Shown one piece after another: positions 39,901 to 49,814 of a DNA stretch of 64,000 bases. The position numbers and the translations under genes are program-made. Each line of letters begins with the position of its first letter. Within the stretch, counting starts at the first letter, position 1. A model generated the notes under the pieces. That model saw only the letters and a program-made list of their open reading frames with translations, was not told the origin of the DNA and made no database searches. Source of the DNA: a virus (Duplodnaviria; Caudoviricetes); the IMG/VR virus record IMGVR_UViG_3300029288_000092, positions 1-64,000 of that record. One strand, given 5' to 3'.

Positions 39901-40689
39901 GCTCCCAAATAAAACCATTGCTTGATATCCAAGTGCTGCTGAATAAGGCACAGAAACAAATGAATTATTTCCCAGTGAAATAGAATCATTTGCGTTTGTT
40001 CCTGTTCCTGCTCCAGAACCATATGAAACAGATCTAAGTCCATTTGAGCATGCACCAGATCCAATAGCTGACGAATAATTACCATTAGCACAACTGGCTC
40101 CAGAAGCATATATGGAATCCGTTCCTGTTCCTTTTTTAACTGTTGGTGTCATCCATGTCAAACAAGATCCATTTGAACATAATTGACATCCATATATATG
40201 AGTTGATGGTGTATCTGTTAATTCTATAAATGAACTAACTCCACTTGGTAAATCTATTGCTTCCCAACATGAATTTGATTGGTCATAGCTTAATACTTTT
40301 CCATCTAGAAAAGATCCAGAATTTACATCATTTAATTCGTTTAAACCCAATGTTGAATTTTTCCAAGTTCCATCAATATTATATTTCAAAATCTGATCAG
40401 ATGTTATTGACGTTATTGAAACATCTTCAATATCATTTATAGATGATCCGGTAAAATCATTTATGTCTGTCCAATTATGATTGTGTATTGTAGAAGCCTT
40501 TCCATCCAAATCATCTTGTAAATTAGAAACATCTGATATTGAATGGCCATGTCCTTCAATTGATAATTCGGAAATAGTTCTAGTTTCGGCACCATCACTT
40601 AACACACCAGATGGTATATTTAAACAATCGATGGATTTTAATTCTTTTAATTCACCATCATCTATAATTAAAGGACGCTTATTAGCCAT
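36907..40689 (-). CDS. Cys-rich fibre protein with YadA-head-like repeats
   Basis: S.AIG..A.A repeats, LNELNDV and F..LTDTP repeats, about 45 Cys by manual count, C-terminal P....GDVYFKY. Confidence 0.8.
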   Translation of the reverse strand: MANKRPLIIDDGELKELKSIDCLNIPSGVLSDGAETRTISELSIEGHGHSISDVSNLQDDLDGKASTIHNHNWTDINDFTGSSINDIEDVSITSITSDQILKYNIDGTWKNSTLGLNELNDVNSGSFLDGKVLSYDQSNSCWEAIDLPSGVSSFIELTDTPSTHIYGCQLCSNGSCLTWMTPTVKKGTGTDSIYASGASCANGNYSSAIGSGACSNGLRSVSYGSGAGTGTNANDSISLGNNSFVSVPYSAALGYQAMVLFGSNSVAIGDGTVVCADKSIGIGSICVTGNCSLGIQSYVVTKPVLSQGNTIYIGADYTGVGCLTPSHKLSVDGCIISQGIISNGHLDMCSCDICNIGNSSLKFVDSAEIHSDKFKSTGCLNLSGEVDDRTIQFSCLGAPLYWGDFDDPSKTAGQPLTTIINPWIGLDDFAWTTVANSPVYVADGGSNLFRVGDDLTLVVPVGSSMMTSNANKSTSSGVWTAKATLESNFHPDESATIMLFLQDYKTVMGTFLLMISATWGATNVTISATDSGGLLSIPPDTSVTVNKFDIQVDVDLTNNLVTISVDQGGGMIPLSGFNGASYSAGTTPNALGSIHIQFVSDVNQPIVTIDNVELPGMNDSVALNFSGNVRDLNDVIYMPPTDGDVLVYTSSVNKWIVSSPPSEFNNGGECRGYNRVLGNTDFYSLEFITDNQTRLCIECGGDICVCCNLGVMGNITGAGATASGIKSFAIGDGATATCDNSVAIGFGNHATGSSSTAMGVNTTASGVYSFAIGNGATATCDNSVAIGFGNHATGSSSTAMGVNTTASGVYSFGIGLDGNLHTLSQGSTMAIMGGKVGIGCLTPTQTLEVDGQVKATSFDGDGSALTNLPASSLEFTDLTDTPSSYTANCWLKVNGDGNALEFVTTPALASHTHDTSCITSGTLGVSRGGTGMSSYTGQGDKFVVVNPSGTGLTVANITMLDLNVFCADPIIQATQSGSGSVANLVKTSVGGYALETYATGGSGAVSAYLCGDIGVFGIGIYDDVALEMCAGTVGVCAWGEVGVCARGNVDSYSIKAEGNICVTGGIQLGNSGCDISGMIRWSGSDFEGYKGTGWVSLTNIACTTFISLCDTPSNYCNGCILCSTADGISYMTLPTGGDFSDGGDTAGANRTLGNNDAYGLGLETTGVTKINIPASGAVEICCNLDMCNFSICNINNSSLKFADGSIVSSTAFDTSGNVNATCLNSQTASYYARDGRFTYGTSDPPSSGMVAGDVYFKYTA
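38255..38508. repeat. 126-bp tandem duplication (one mismatch) in the fibre gene
   Basis: Copies start at 38255 and 38381 and encode SFAIG(D/N)GATATCDNSVAIGFGNHATGSSSTAMGVNTTASGVY. Confidence 0.95.
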
Positions 40690-40738
40690 TTAATTATCCT
40701 CCCAAATATAAATTTGTTTTATTTTGTTCTATGATTTG

Positions 40739-41350
40739 TTACACTCTATCATCGACTATAGCTAAAACAGCTTCGACCGTTTCACATGCTTTAACAGATA
40801 GTATTAAGGCTGCAGACGTGTTAAAGACATATGCTTGTCTTACAGTGCCATAGTAAAAGAAGCCTTGTAATGCTGTGCTATCTACCAGCTCATAAGTATC
40901 ATTAGCTGTATTCCTGATCACCTGGGGAAACGTCAGTGCTCCTGCCTGAAAAGCAACAAACATAGCAACCCAAGTGTCCCTTGAATACTCATCAAGTGAA
41001 AAATACTGTTCACTAGTAGGAGGAAATTCAAACCCAGTTGGTTCTAAAACATTCTTATTTTTGTTGATGATGTCATCAATTTTATTGTTTTTAGCAACAC
41101 TAAGCAATCTAACATAATAAGATGTTTTATATGTCAAAACTATTTCATCAAGAGTTAGTTTGTCTCCTGCTGTCAATTCAATATCCGTAATGATTGATAA
41201 TACAGTACCGGTTGCTTCAATTCTGACAGCAATTCCAGGAAGTAAATTTAATATTGTACGTATTAATGTTAAATCATTTGGATTTATTTGATCGGTGTCA
41301 TAAAAATTATAATTTGTGTCTAGAGATCTCGTATATACATATGAAGCCAT
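40739..41350 (-). CDS. DUF4376-like fibre-associated protein
   Basis: C-terminal AKNNKI..I....GFEF..F.LD..S...W...A.TVEAV.AI.D.R pattern. Confidence 0.6.
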   Translation of the reverse strand: MASYVYTRSLDTNYNFYDTDQINPNDLTLIRTILNLLPGIAVRIEATGTVLSIITDIELTAGDKLTLDEIVLTYKTSYYVRLLSVAKNNKIDDIINKNKNVLEPTGFEFPPTSEQYFSLDEYSRDTWVAMFVAFQAGALTFPQVIRNTANDTYELVDSTALQGFFYYGTVRQAYVFNTSAALILSVKACETVEAVLAIVDDRV

Positions 41351-41362
41351 GATTATTCCTCC

Positions 41363-43492
41363 TTATATAGTCTTATAATATATAAATACAAATCCGAGAA
41401 TATTGAGAACGACATCCATATTAAAATCAATTGTTATACCTGCAATATCATTTGCTGCTAGATCGGTGAAATATGGAGCCATATCAAATTCAGTTACTAT
41501 CCCGGAGGTCACAGAAAATGAAATTCCGGAAACTGACTGGGTATGATTTGTTGAACTTTCCCCAACGGTTGCATAACTCGAATCAATAGTTGCGGTTGTT
41601 GTTGAGTTATCTACAGCTGGAATGAACATAAGTTTTATAGATATCATACTATAAAAATCGGGAGGGGTAACAAAAGAAAACCTAATTGGATCTTTTGCAT
41701 TTTTTTCCATAATCTGATAATTTCCATAATTCTTATTATATGTAACAGGAATAAATAATTCTTGTACCTTAAAAGGAAATGATTTTGTGCATAGAATCCA
41801 CTGAGTTCCATCATCCAAATATAATCCACCAGTATCACTTGCATGGAAATATCTTCCAGGTGTCCCAAATGCTGGCATGTTGGCAAATGTATTTATCAGA
41901 GTTTTTCCTATGAAATGTTTATTGGAACCATCACCTATAAATACTTCTTTGGTATCAGTTGCAAACGCAACTTCTCCTAAACTGAGACTCCCAGAATCTA
42001 TTTCTGAACGAGTTCCACTCATTAATTTAATTTCAACATCTGGGCTCGTGATAGTTGCAGCATCTATAGATGTTATCCAATCATTCAAATTCCCAGATGA
42101 ATTACTCTTAGGAATTAAATTAGCACCAGGACTTGAAGTTGAAATTTCATCTAGCCCACCATCCTGATGAGAAGTTGCATGTGTTGTTGGATATCTATCA
42201 TCTGTCATTCTAGCATCAGAATTTGTTACATATTTATTTGTAGATGAAGGTGTTCCATCGGTACCATCCAAAGCATCTTTTTGATCATTGGTTGGTAAAT
42301 ATCCATGATCAGTTGAAGACATTAATCCATTCAATGAATCTGTTGAATATTGTGTTGCTTCGGTATGTTCATTGGCATCCAGATGATAATACTCATTGGT
42401 ATCCCCACCTTGTAAACCTGTTAACATATCGTGATGAGTGACACTTGCTCTCGGTAACCAATCACCACTGAGAACATACACATATTCGGTTTCATCATCC
42501 TTATTTAAAATTGCAAATCCAACATCGGGAATAATTTCAAACCACCCTGCCGTTTTATATTGGTATACATAACTCTCAGTCCATCCATTTCCAGACACAT
42601 CACATACATATCTATCATCAATAGCTGGACTTATTGGTAAACCAACTGAAGCATCCCAAAATGATATAATTGATTTCTGCCATGCTAAACCATCTATAGC
42701 AGAATCAATATTATCGTTGATTTTATAGGAAGACCATAATTTTGTGTGACTAGTATCGGCATCATCCAATTCACTATGAATTGATGTATCGTCAATATGA
42801 TCTCTAGCTTCTTCTGCATCAACCACATGCATAGAATCATTTATTTGTGTCACATAGCCAGTGGAAAGTTCAGATAATTTTACTTTCCCATATGTGGTTC
42901 CATCTGCAACATCATCTATGCTACCAGTCAAATCAGATAGTGCATATACACTAATTTTATTCCATGCAGTACCATCATCCACCCATGTTTCTTTTGTATC
43001 TGTTGCATAAAACAATCTCCCATTATTTCCGGCCAATGGTCTATTTATAAACAAATCAATCAATACTTTCCCATCTGGATTATTTGTTAGATTGTCCCAA
43101 TGAACACTAGATAATCCACTCGTTTGTAGTTGTGTTTGAGTGTAATATCTAATATCTCCTCTGGAATCTGTCAAATATTGTGTATGATCATCGGCATCCA
43201 GATTTAATAAAACAGAATGACTTATTGATGACGCAGCAGATGATGCTTGTTCCCAATAATAATCACCAGAAACATTTTTAAGACATACATATAAAATAGT
43301 CTGGTCTCCAATACCAGGAGCTATCCAAAATTTAGCATAATATTCTTCTGCTGGGGTTGGTAAAACACCAACCCCAATCACAGGCATATCAAATTCTGAA
43401 TTTAATATTAGTTTTTTTGAATCATCATATTCGACATGTCTAATAAACAATCCGGAATATTGCCCAACTAAACCATATTGTTTTTCTATCAT
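41363..43492 (-). CDS. Fibre protein (His-motif repeats, DUF2793-like and Mtd-N/hyaluronidase-N-like modules)
   Basis: DDHTQY, HATSHQDGG.D, GLQGG..EYYHL, WQKSI..P..DDRY, GEVAFATDTKEVFIGDG. Confidence 0.7.
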   Translation of the reverse strand: MIEKQYGLVGQYSGLFIRHVEYDDSKKLILNSEFDMPVIGVGVLPTPAEEYYAKFWIAPGIGDQTILYVCLKNVSGDYYWEQASSAASSISHSVLLNLDADDHTQYLTDSRGDIRYYTQTQLQTSGLSSVHWDNLTNNPDGKVLIDLFINRPLAGNNGRLFYATDTKETWVDDGTAWNKISVYALSDLTGSIDDVADGTTYGKVKLSELSTGYVTQINDSMHVVDAEEARDHIDDTSIHSELDDADTSHTKLWSSYKINDNIDSAIDGLAWQKSIISFWDASVGLPISPAIDDRYVCDVSGNGWTESYVYQYKTAGWFEIIPDVGFAILNKDDETEYVYVLSGDWLPRASVTHHDMLTGLQGGDTNEYYHLDANEHTEATQYSTDSLNGLMSSTDHGYLPTNDQKDALDGTDGTPSSTNKYVTNSDARMTDDRYPTTHATSHQDGGLDEISTSSPGANLIPKSNSSGNLNDWITSIDAATITSPDVEIKLMSGTRSEIDSGSLSLGEVAFATDTKEVFIGDGSNKHFIGKTLINTFANMPAFGTPGRYFHASDTGGLYLDDGTQWILCTKSFPFKVQELFIPVTYNKNYGNYQIMEKNAKDPIRFSFVTPPDFYSMISIKLMFIPAVDNSTTTATIDSSYATVGESSTNHTQSVSGISFSVTSGIVTEFDMAPYFTDLAANDIAGITIDFNMDVVLNILGFVFIYYKTI

Positions 43493-43517
43493 TAGTTAAT
43501 CTCCAATCAAATTTTAT

Positions 43518-44211
43518 GTGAACTACCCAGACCACAATGATCTGAGCTTCCTACTTCATCGCTCTCGTTGTATGAGTAGCTCTGTAGGCTCTACGGCCAG
43601 TCCCTGGCCTATAAAATTCTGATTCTGTAACCCCATATTCTTAATGTTCTTCGCTGCGTTTACATCTCTGTCATGTGTGGTGTTACACATAGAACAAGTC
43701 CATAATCTATCGCCAAGAGTTAAGTATTGATTGATAGCTCCGCAGCTGCTACACATCTTAGAAGATGGTTCGAATCTACCTATTCGGAGCAAGTTCTTTC
43801 CATACCAGTCACATTTGTAGGTTAGATACTCGTTGAACTTACTCCAACTCACATCAGCTATGCTTCTTGCTAAGCAGTGATTCTTTAACATTCCTGCCAC
43901 GTTTAAGTCTTCTATTATAAGCGCACTCACTTGGTTCTCATGAGTCAACTGGTATGTCAGCTTGTGTAAGAAATCTTTTCTTGTGTTAGCTATCTTTTCG
44001 TGTAGCAAAGCTACACTAAAGTTAGCTTTCTTTCTGTTTTCACTCCCTTTCATCTTTCTAGAAGCACGTCTCTGTAAGACTTGCAATTTCTTAAGACCCC
44101 TCTTAAGAGGCTTGAGATTATCAATCTTAGTCCCATCTGAAAAGGTAGCAAAGTGTTTGATTCCTAAGTCAATCCCAAGAGTAGTCGCTTCCGTCACTAC
44201 TGACAAGACTT
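43518..44211 (-). mobile_element. 5'-truncated IS200/IS605 element (right end retained)
   Basis: Right end on minus strand GAAG-CTCAGATCA-TTG-TGGTCTGGG-TAGTTCAC (GAAG/TCAC pairing rule). No canonical left end; the fragment begins right after TTTAA, which contains the upstream stop codon. Confidence 0.8.
43556..44206 (-). pseudogene. tnpB: TnpB C-terminal half (RuvC + Zn ribbon), N-terminal domains missing
   Basis: GIDLG, IIEDLNV, RFEPSSKMCSSC and HDRDVNAA intact, but only 216 aa and no RBS. Confidence 0.85.
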
Positions 44212-45900
44212 TTAAATTGATATTCCAAGATGTGATGTTAGAGCGATAACTATTCTGTCAACAGATTCCTGTAAATTAATAGGATCTGCCACATTCCATG
44301 GATTCAAAATTGTTGATGTTCCTGTTTCAGGTCCACCAGAGAATGCATGTACAAATGAATATGAATTATCTGTTAATTTTGTTATAACATATGTTCCATC
44401 AAAATTTGTGGTTCCAGATATTGTAACAGTTTGATTATCAATCAATCCATGATTAGTATGTGTTACAACTGCATTTGATCCATCTCCGGTTATATTTACA
44501 GATCCACCGGAAACTGAAAATGTTTTAGAATAATTGAAGTTAACCAATAAATTATTTAAAGCATCTTTAACAGTCACACCCGAAACACTCGAATCATTAG
44601 CAACCATGCTCGCTGGTTCATATATAAATGCTGTTCCAGACAATGCTCCACCATTAACAAATAAACCTGAAACATATGTCACTGCAGATCCGGCGGAAAC
44701 TCCACCCCATGTTATAACACCATCTAAAGCATTTGATAACCCGACCACAGCACCATTATTTATATCTATTGCAGAACCACCACCAAGATTTGAAACAAAA
44801 GAACTGGTTGCCATAAAAACACCAGCAATTGATTTGACAACAGGTTCGGCTGGACTATTTGCAAACAATTGCATCTGATCAACAGAAATTCTTCCACCAA
44901 TCTGTTTCACTGCATATTTATTAATTGTATTTGCTTTTAAAGTTCCATTTGTTAGACTGATCAATCCTGAATTAGCTGTTAAAACATCATTCAGCAAAGA
45001 TTGAACAGTAACATTAAATCCTGTTAAATCTGCGTTTGTTGTTATTTGTCCATCAATTGAATATAAATTTAATGCATTAGTCGCACCATTAATTGATAAA
45101 ATTCCTTCAAATTTAAAATTACCAAGATCACATGTTCCGACGCCTGTTGCCAAATTTCCAGACACTGTTGTCCTATGTAATCCCGAACCAAAAAGACTGA
45201 CATTATCAGGCAAATTTGTAGAAGCATATGTTCCTGGAGCCAATAGAATTAAATCACCGGAAGAAGCAACACTAGTTGCAGCAGCCATAGTTAAGAAAGG
45301 ATTTCCTTCCGTTCCGTCTCCGTTTAAATCATCTCCATTCATAGAAACATGAATAACCTTACTAACCCCATGACCAACAAACGATAATTTTTCTTCTGAT
45401 CCAACAAATCCAGCCATCCATGAATCAGATGCTTCATCAAAATAAAGTCTAGTGTCTGTTAAAGTTCCCCTCTTTACAATAAATCCAGAAAAACCAGCAG
45501 TTACACCAGCACCAGTTTCTCCATCATTTAAAATAATTTCATTATCTTCTGTTTTGACTTGTGTAGTTTCAAGTGATGTAATATTCTGAGTAACAAAACT
45601 TCCCTGAACCGTAACATCACCAGAAAAAATTTTATTTCCACCAATGGTTTCATTTCCAACAACATGAACATAATCACTTTCAATAAAATCAGTAACATCT
45701 GCTTTTAAATGTGTATGACCACCTGGAAGCATAAATGCTGCAACATCATCAATATCAACTACATTATTAACGGATTCAATTTTTCCAGAAGGTATAAATG
45801 CTTTATCGTCATTATCTAAAGGTTCACCTAACGCCCTTGAATTTGGTTTCCTAGAAATCAAAACTGCTCTATTAAGATCTGCCATTTCTTTTTCCTCCAA
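44212..45900 (-). CDS. Fibre/spike protein with DUF1565-type motif and beta-helix-like region
   Basis: HVSMNGDDLNGDGTEGNPFLT, GDLILLAPGTY, EDNEIILN..E.G.G. Probable start MADLN after GGAG. Confidence 0.7.
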   Translation of the reverse strand: MEEKEMADLNRAVLISRKPNSRALGEPLDNDDKAFIPSGKIESVNNVVDIDDVAAFMLPGGHTHLKADVTDFIESDYVHVVGNETIGGNKIFSGDVTVQGSFVTQNITSLETTQVKTEDNEIILNDGETGAGVTAGFSGFIVKRGTLTDTRLYFDEASDSWMAGFVGSEEKLSFVGHGVSKVIHVSMNGDDLNGDGTEGNPFLTMAAATSVASSGDLILLAPGTYASTNLPDNVSLFGSGLHRTTVSGNLATGVGTCDLGNFKFEGILSINGATNALNLYSIDGQITTNADLTGFNVTVQSLLNDVLTANSGLISLTNGTLKANTINKYAVKQIGGRISVDQMQLFANSPAEPVVKSIAGVFMATSSFVSNLGGGSAIDINNGAVVGLSNALDGVITWGGVSAGSAVTYVSGLFVNGGALSGTAFIYEPASMVANDSSVSGVTVKDALNNLLVNFNYSKTFSVSGGSVNITGDGSNAVVTHTNHGLIDNQTVTISGTTNFDGTYVITKLTDNSYSFVHAFSGGPETGTSTILNPWNVADPINLQESVDRIVIALTSHLGISI

Positions 45901-45936
45901 TTTTATAAATTAAAAGAGAGAGATTTTGTCTCTCTC

Positions 45937-48870
45937 TTAGCTACCAACGATAGCATAATCAGAAATTCTAAATTCCATTTCTGTGGAACTTACAGAAAAT
46001 CCCAATTTTAAAACAATTTGTCCGGATCCACTTGGCGCAGTTTCAGTCATAGATCCTGCTGTAGATGCTGATAAATAAATATTTTTATTAGATCCAGTAA
46101 AAGATAATCCACTTAATTTTCCAAATTTTCTAACTGTTAATTCATCACCATCTATAGATTCAACTATACCCAAGACTCTGAAATAATCCGATTCACTTCC
46201 AGCCCTTGCCTTTGTTGCTTTATTACTATCATTTATTGCAACAACTTGACCAAGAGTTATAGTTTCACCACTATCTTTTTCATATACACTAAATAAATCA
46301 GATTCAATATCATTTAGAATACTTATATTTACGCCCGAATCTTGTAAATTTCCACTTACATCAAATTCTGCAAAATTTCCGTCTGTAAATGAAACTGTTT
46401 CAGTTTTATCATCAAGATCAGATTTCAAAGTATCTAACGCATCAGAAATTGTAGTTCCTGCTATAGTTGTATCATTATCAAAATCATCTGATCCCTGCCT
46501 AAAAAGCACGCCTAAACCATTTAATACCCCAACAAGAAAATGTAAATTATCAACAATAACAGAAGAATTGTTTATCACATCTCCATATAACATAACATCA
46601 ACCAATATATGTGGAATTGGAGCGGAGTTATCTAAAAGAATAGAACTTCCTCCTCCAACATTTATAGATGTTCCAGATGTTACCATCAATCTACCACCTG
46701 AAACATGAATCAATGGATCTATAGAAACATTTCCTCTGACATCCACTGAAGATAAATTTAGCGTTGCATTTGATTGTTGTATAGCTTTTTGGCCATCTGG
46801 TGCATGCACTGAAGAATTCATAAATGACACCACGGCATTTGGATCAGTATTTCCGACATATAATGGAACACCAGAAACTGACCTGATTGTGAAGTCATTA
46901 GATGTTAAATCACCAGCAGCTATAACAACATTACCAGTTGAATATACTGCATAAACACTTAAAGTCGCATTAGATGTTATTGTTCCACCTGAATGATTTA
47001 TATCCCTAAAAACTCCAGTACCACCAGAGAAAGAAATATTTCCCATAATATGTGTTCTATGCAATCCAGATCCTTGCAAAGATACATTGGAAGGAATAAC
47101 AATCCCGGACATTGTTTCATCATATACTCCGGGACCAAGATATATTATTTCACCTGCTGATGCTATGGATGCAGCAAATGCCAACGATTTATAAGGCATT
47201 GCGATTGATCCATTTTCTCCAACATGTGAACTATTTACATCGACGTATATTATTTTATTAAATCCAACTGACAACTGAAGATCACCAATGTTAGATGCAA
47301 CCCAATTTCCAGAACCAACATCAAACCTCAAAACATCATATGGGTTCGGAGAAGCAGCATCAACATCATTTAAACCGTCCAATGCCAAATCCACATACAA
47401 ATGATTTCCAATATCATATTTAATTGTATCTGCATCTACTTTACTAGCTAAATATCCAGCTGTATCTCCACTGTGCATTTTGACCAATTCATCAGTTCCA
47501 GATACAGTTCCAAATTCCAAACCCGATTCATCAACTTTAACAACTACGGATTTTCCTGATTGCCCAACATAATTACTAGGAACATCATTTAAGTCAATAA
47601 AATCATGAGTATGGGTGGTATCAGATTTCCCGGATAAGAAACTGTCAATTTCACTTTCTTGATAATATATATCATCGTGATTGTGTGCGTCAGGAGGAAA
47701 TGTGGATGGTTTATTATCAACATTATCCCAATGAACAGAACCACCACCACCAGAAGTATTTAATTCAGTTTTTGTATAATAAAGCGTATTGTGGTCATGT
47801 GATGCTGGAGCAAATACACCAGGTATAACTTCCATGACGTGCAGAGTCCCATCAATTCTTAAAGTAACACCATCAACTTTATCAACTAATCTTCCAGGAG
47901 ATGCATCCGTATAGTCAGCAAGAACATTTATATCTGACATGGCAGTAAAAATAAGACCGTCACCAGCTGGATTAACAACTACCGATTCTCCAGGAAATCC
48001 ATATCCAATCGGAGTATCTGTTAAATCAATAAATCTATGGGTATGAACCGTATTTGCTTTCCCGGATAAAGAACTATCAACTTGAGATTTAGTGTAATAC
48101 AAACTACCATGATTATGAAGACTGCTTGCATCTAACCCACCAGTTAATGAATTATGTTGTGTAGATGTAAGATGATAATATTCAACAAGAGGAACACTTC
48201 CACCCTGTAAATTTTCCAATAGTGAATGATCGACTTTAGTGGTTCCTACCGATAATAATGCCTTCAGTGTATTTAAGTGTTCGGTTGCTGTTAAATGCCA
48301 ATGCCCACTCGGAACATCTCCACCTAATAATCCACCCAACGCTTCGTGATTTCCAACACCAGGAAGATTAACCCAAGCAGCTCCATTATATAAATAAATT
48401 CTATCTTGATCCTCAACATAGGATGCATATCCTTTGTTTGGCATAGTATAAGACCAAGCTGGAATATTTGCATTATATTGAGCAACCTGATTTGTTTTTC
48501 CGGCCCAAGCTCCCGTAGCACCAGCAGGAATTATATACCTATCTCTATTTGCTGGTGTTGGAGGTGGTGTAATTGTAGTTGAACTTAAAACTGATTGTTG
48601 CCAATCAATCTGATTCACAATATCAATCACAAAATCATATATCTGCTGTGAAGACCACATAACAGCATTGCTCGGTCCACCAATATCATTTAACTGAGCA
48701 CCATCTAAAAATTGAACATTTAAATTATTAACAAGAGCGGTGCTATTTACGACAAATGGTGCAGCTACAGTTTCTGATAGTGCAAGAGTCTTTAATGACG
48801 CACCATGTATACTTGGATCAATAACTGCAGGATCATTTGTCGTAGTATCGAATCTTAATAAAACTTCCAT
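45937..48870 (-). CDS. Fibre protein: DUF2793-like domain, His repeats, beta-helix-like region, C-terminal cement-like domain
   Basis: DRYIIPAGATGAWAG, H.H...YY.K repeats, NGSIAMPYKSL..IYLGPGVY, SGETITLGQVV..IYLSASTAG. Confidence 0.75.
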   Translation of the reverse strand: MEVLLRFDTTTNDPAVIDPSIHGASLKTLALSETVAAPFVVNSTALVNNLNVQFLDGAQLNDIGGPSNAVMWSSQQIYDFVIDIVNQIDWQQSVLSSTTITPPPTPANRDRYIIPAGATGAWAGKTNQVAQYNANIPAWSYTMPNKGYASYVEDQDRIYLYNGAAWVNLPGVGNHEALGGLLGGDVPSGHWHLTATEHLNTLKALLSVGTTKVDHSLLENLQGGSVPLVEYYHLTSTQHNSLTGGLDASSLHNHGSLYYTKSQVDSSLSGKANTVHTHRFIDLTDTPIGYGFPGESVVVNPAGDGLIFTAMSDINVLADYTDASPGRLVDKVDGVTLRIDGTLHVMEVIPGVFAPASHDHNTLYYTKTELNTSGGGGSVHWDNVDNKPSTFPPDAHNHDDIYYQESEIDSFLSGKSDTTHTHDFIDLNDVPSNYVGQSGKSVVVKVDESGLEFGTVSGTDELVKMHSGDTAGYLASKVDADTIKYDIGNHLYVDLALDGLNDVDAASPNPYDVLRFDVGSGNWVASNIGDLQLSVGFNKIIYVDVNSSHVGENGSIAMPYKSLAFAASIASAGEIIYLGPGVYDETMSGIVIPSNVSLQGSGLHRTHIMGNISFSGGTGVFRDINHSGGTITSNATLSVYAVYSTGNVVIAAGDLTSNDFTIRSVSGVPLYVGNTDPNAVVSFMNSSVHAPDGQKAIQQSNATLNLSSVDVRGNVSIDPLIHVSGGRLMVTSGTSINVGGGSSILLDNSAPIPHILVDVMLYGDVINNSSVIVDNLHFLVGVLNGLGVLFRQGSDDFDNDTTIAGTTISDALDTLKSDLDDKTETVSFTDGNFAEFDVSGNLQDSGVNISILNDIESDLFSVYEKDSGETITLGQVVAINDSNKATKARAGSESDYFRVLGIVESIDGDELTVRKFGKLSGLSFTGSNKNIYLSASTAGSMTETAPSGSGQIVLKLGFSVSSTEMEFRISDYAIVGS

Positions 48871-48894
48871 TAGTTTATCCTCCCTAATAGATAT

Positions 48895-49488
48895 TTAGGA
48901 AACTCTATTGTTAAATTTTAGTCTTTTCCAAACAATTTTTTCTTTTCTATATGTATCATCGCCCATTATATAATATGTTCTTGCAAATAGGGCAATGGAT
49001 AATGCATCGTATAAGTCAAAGCCAGTATAATCTTCTGACCATGGAATCTTTTTAATATTTTCCAAACATACTTTTTTTGTTTCTTCCTTTTTAGCAAAAC
49101 CATTTCCAGTTACACATTTTTTAACGGCACATGGTGGAAAAATTTCATATTTAAACCCACCAGCTAATAACATCAGTTTTATATATCCACCAAGTTCTGC
49201 TAGTTTGGTGGTGCTATTAGATTTGGAATTATATGAATATCCCTCAACCCCAACAAAAGAATCTTTATATTTGTTTAGAATGTTGAATAAATTAATACTT
49301 ACAAAATTTATTTTCATTGTTAAATTAATATGCTGTTTATCGTGAAAATGTTTTGGAAGAATTATTTTGTTATGTTGAGGAGTTACTGTATCTCGAAAAT
49401 ATAAATAATCTATTATTTTTTTCTTCTCATCAATTACAACCATCCCAGTATTATTAACAGATAAATCTAAGCCTATAAAATTCATCAT
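48895..49488 (-). CDS. ruvC: RuvC-like Holliday junction resolvase
   Basis: IGLDLS..NTG, VEGYSY, LAELGG, P..VKK.VTG.G.A.KE, DLYDA. Confidence 0.9.
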   Translation of the reverse strand: MMNFIGLDLSVNNTGMVVIDEKKKIIDYLYFRDTVTPQHNKIILPKHFHDKQHINLTMKINFVSINLFNILNKYKDSFVGVEGYSYNSKSNSTTKLAELGGYIKLMLLAGGFKYEIFPPCAVKKCVTGNGFAKKEETKKVCLENIKKIPWSEDYTGFDLYDALSIALFARTYYIMGDDTYRKEKIVWKRLKFNNRVS

Positions 49489-49793
49489 ATTCCTTCTTTT
49501 CCGAAAACAAAGACATACCGATCCATGTCCATATTAAATTTCTTATTTAAATTATCAAAATGTTTCTTAAAATTATTATTCATTTTATCTTTGATTAATA
49601 TTTCATATTTATTATTTTTTTCATTATAGTTGATTGAAAACTTATTACAATCATGTTTATATTTTAAAATATCCAGTAATTCTTGTAGAATTTTTTTGCC
49701 ATTATCATTTACTGTTTCTAACATCAAAGAAACCATTCTTTGTTTATATTTTGGAAATTTGGATTGGATTTTAGATGTTAAATCCGTTCCCAT
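49485..49793 (-). CDS. Hypothetical protein
   Basis: 102 aa; GGGGGT RBS; coupled to ruvC. Confidence 0.65.
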   Translation of the reverse strand: MGTDLTSKIQSKFPKYKQRMVSLMLETVNDNGKKILQELLDILKYKHDCNKFSINYNEKNNKYEILIKDKMNNNFKKHFDNLNKKFNMDMDRYVFVFGKEGI

Positions 49794-49814
49794 ATTTGAG
49801 CACCCCCGTTTTAT

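Noticed and set aside
12703-40689. Cys excess explained by codon reassignment
   Set aside because: Cys codons occupy catalytic or Zn-binding positions in other genes (C92 amidase, GATase, TnpB), and long ORFs are intact under the standard code.
44206-44260. Programmed -1 frameshift fusing the fibre 44212..45900 to the TnpB RuvC half
   Set aside because: The TnpB frame is open for ~17 overlapping codons, but the TTTAAAA heptamer is not in the zero-frame register needed for slippage.
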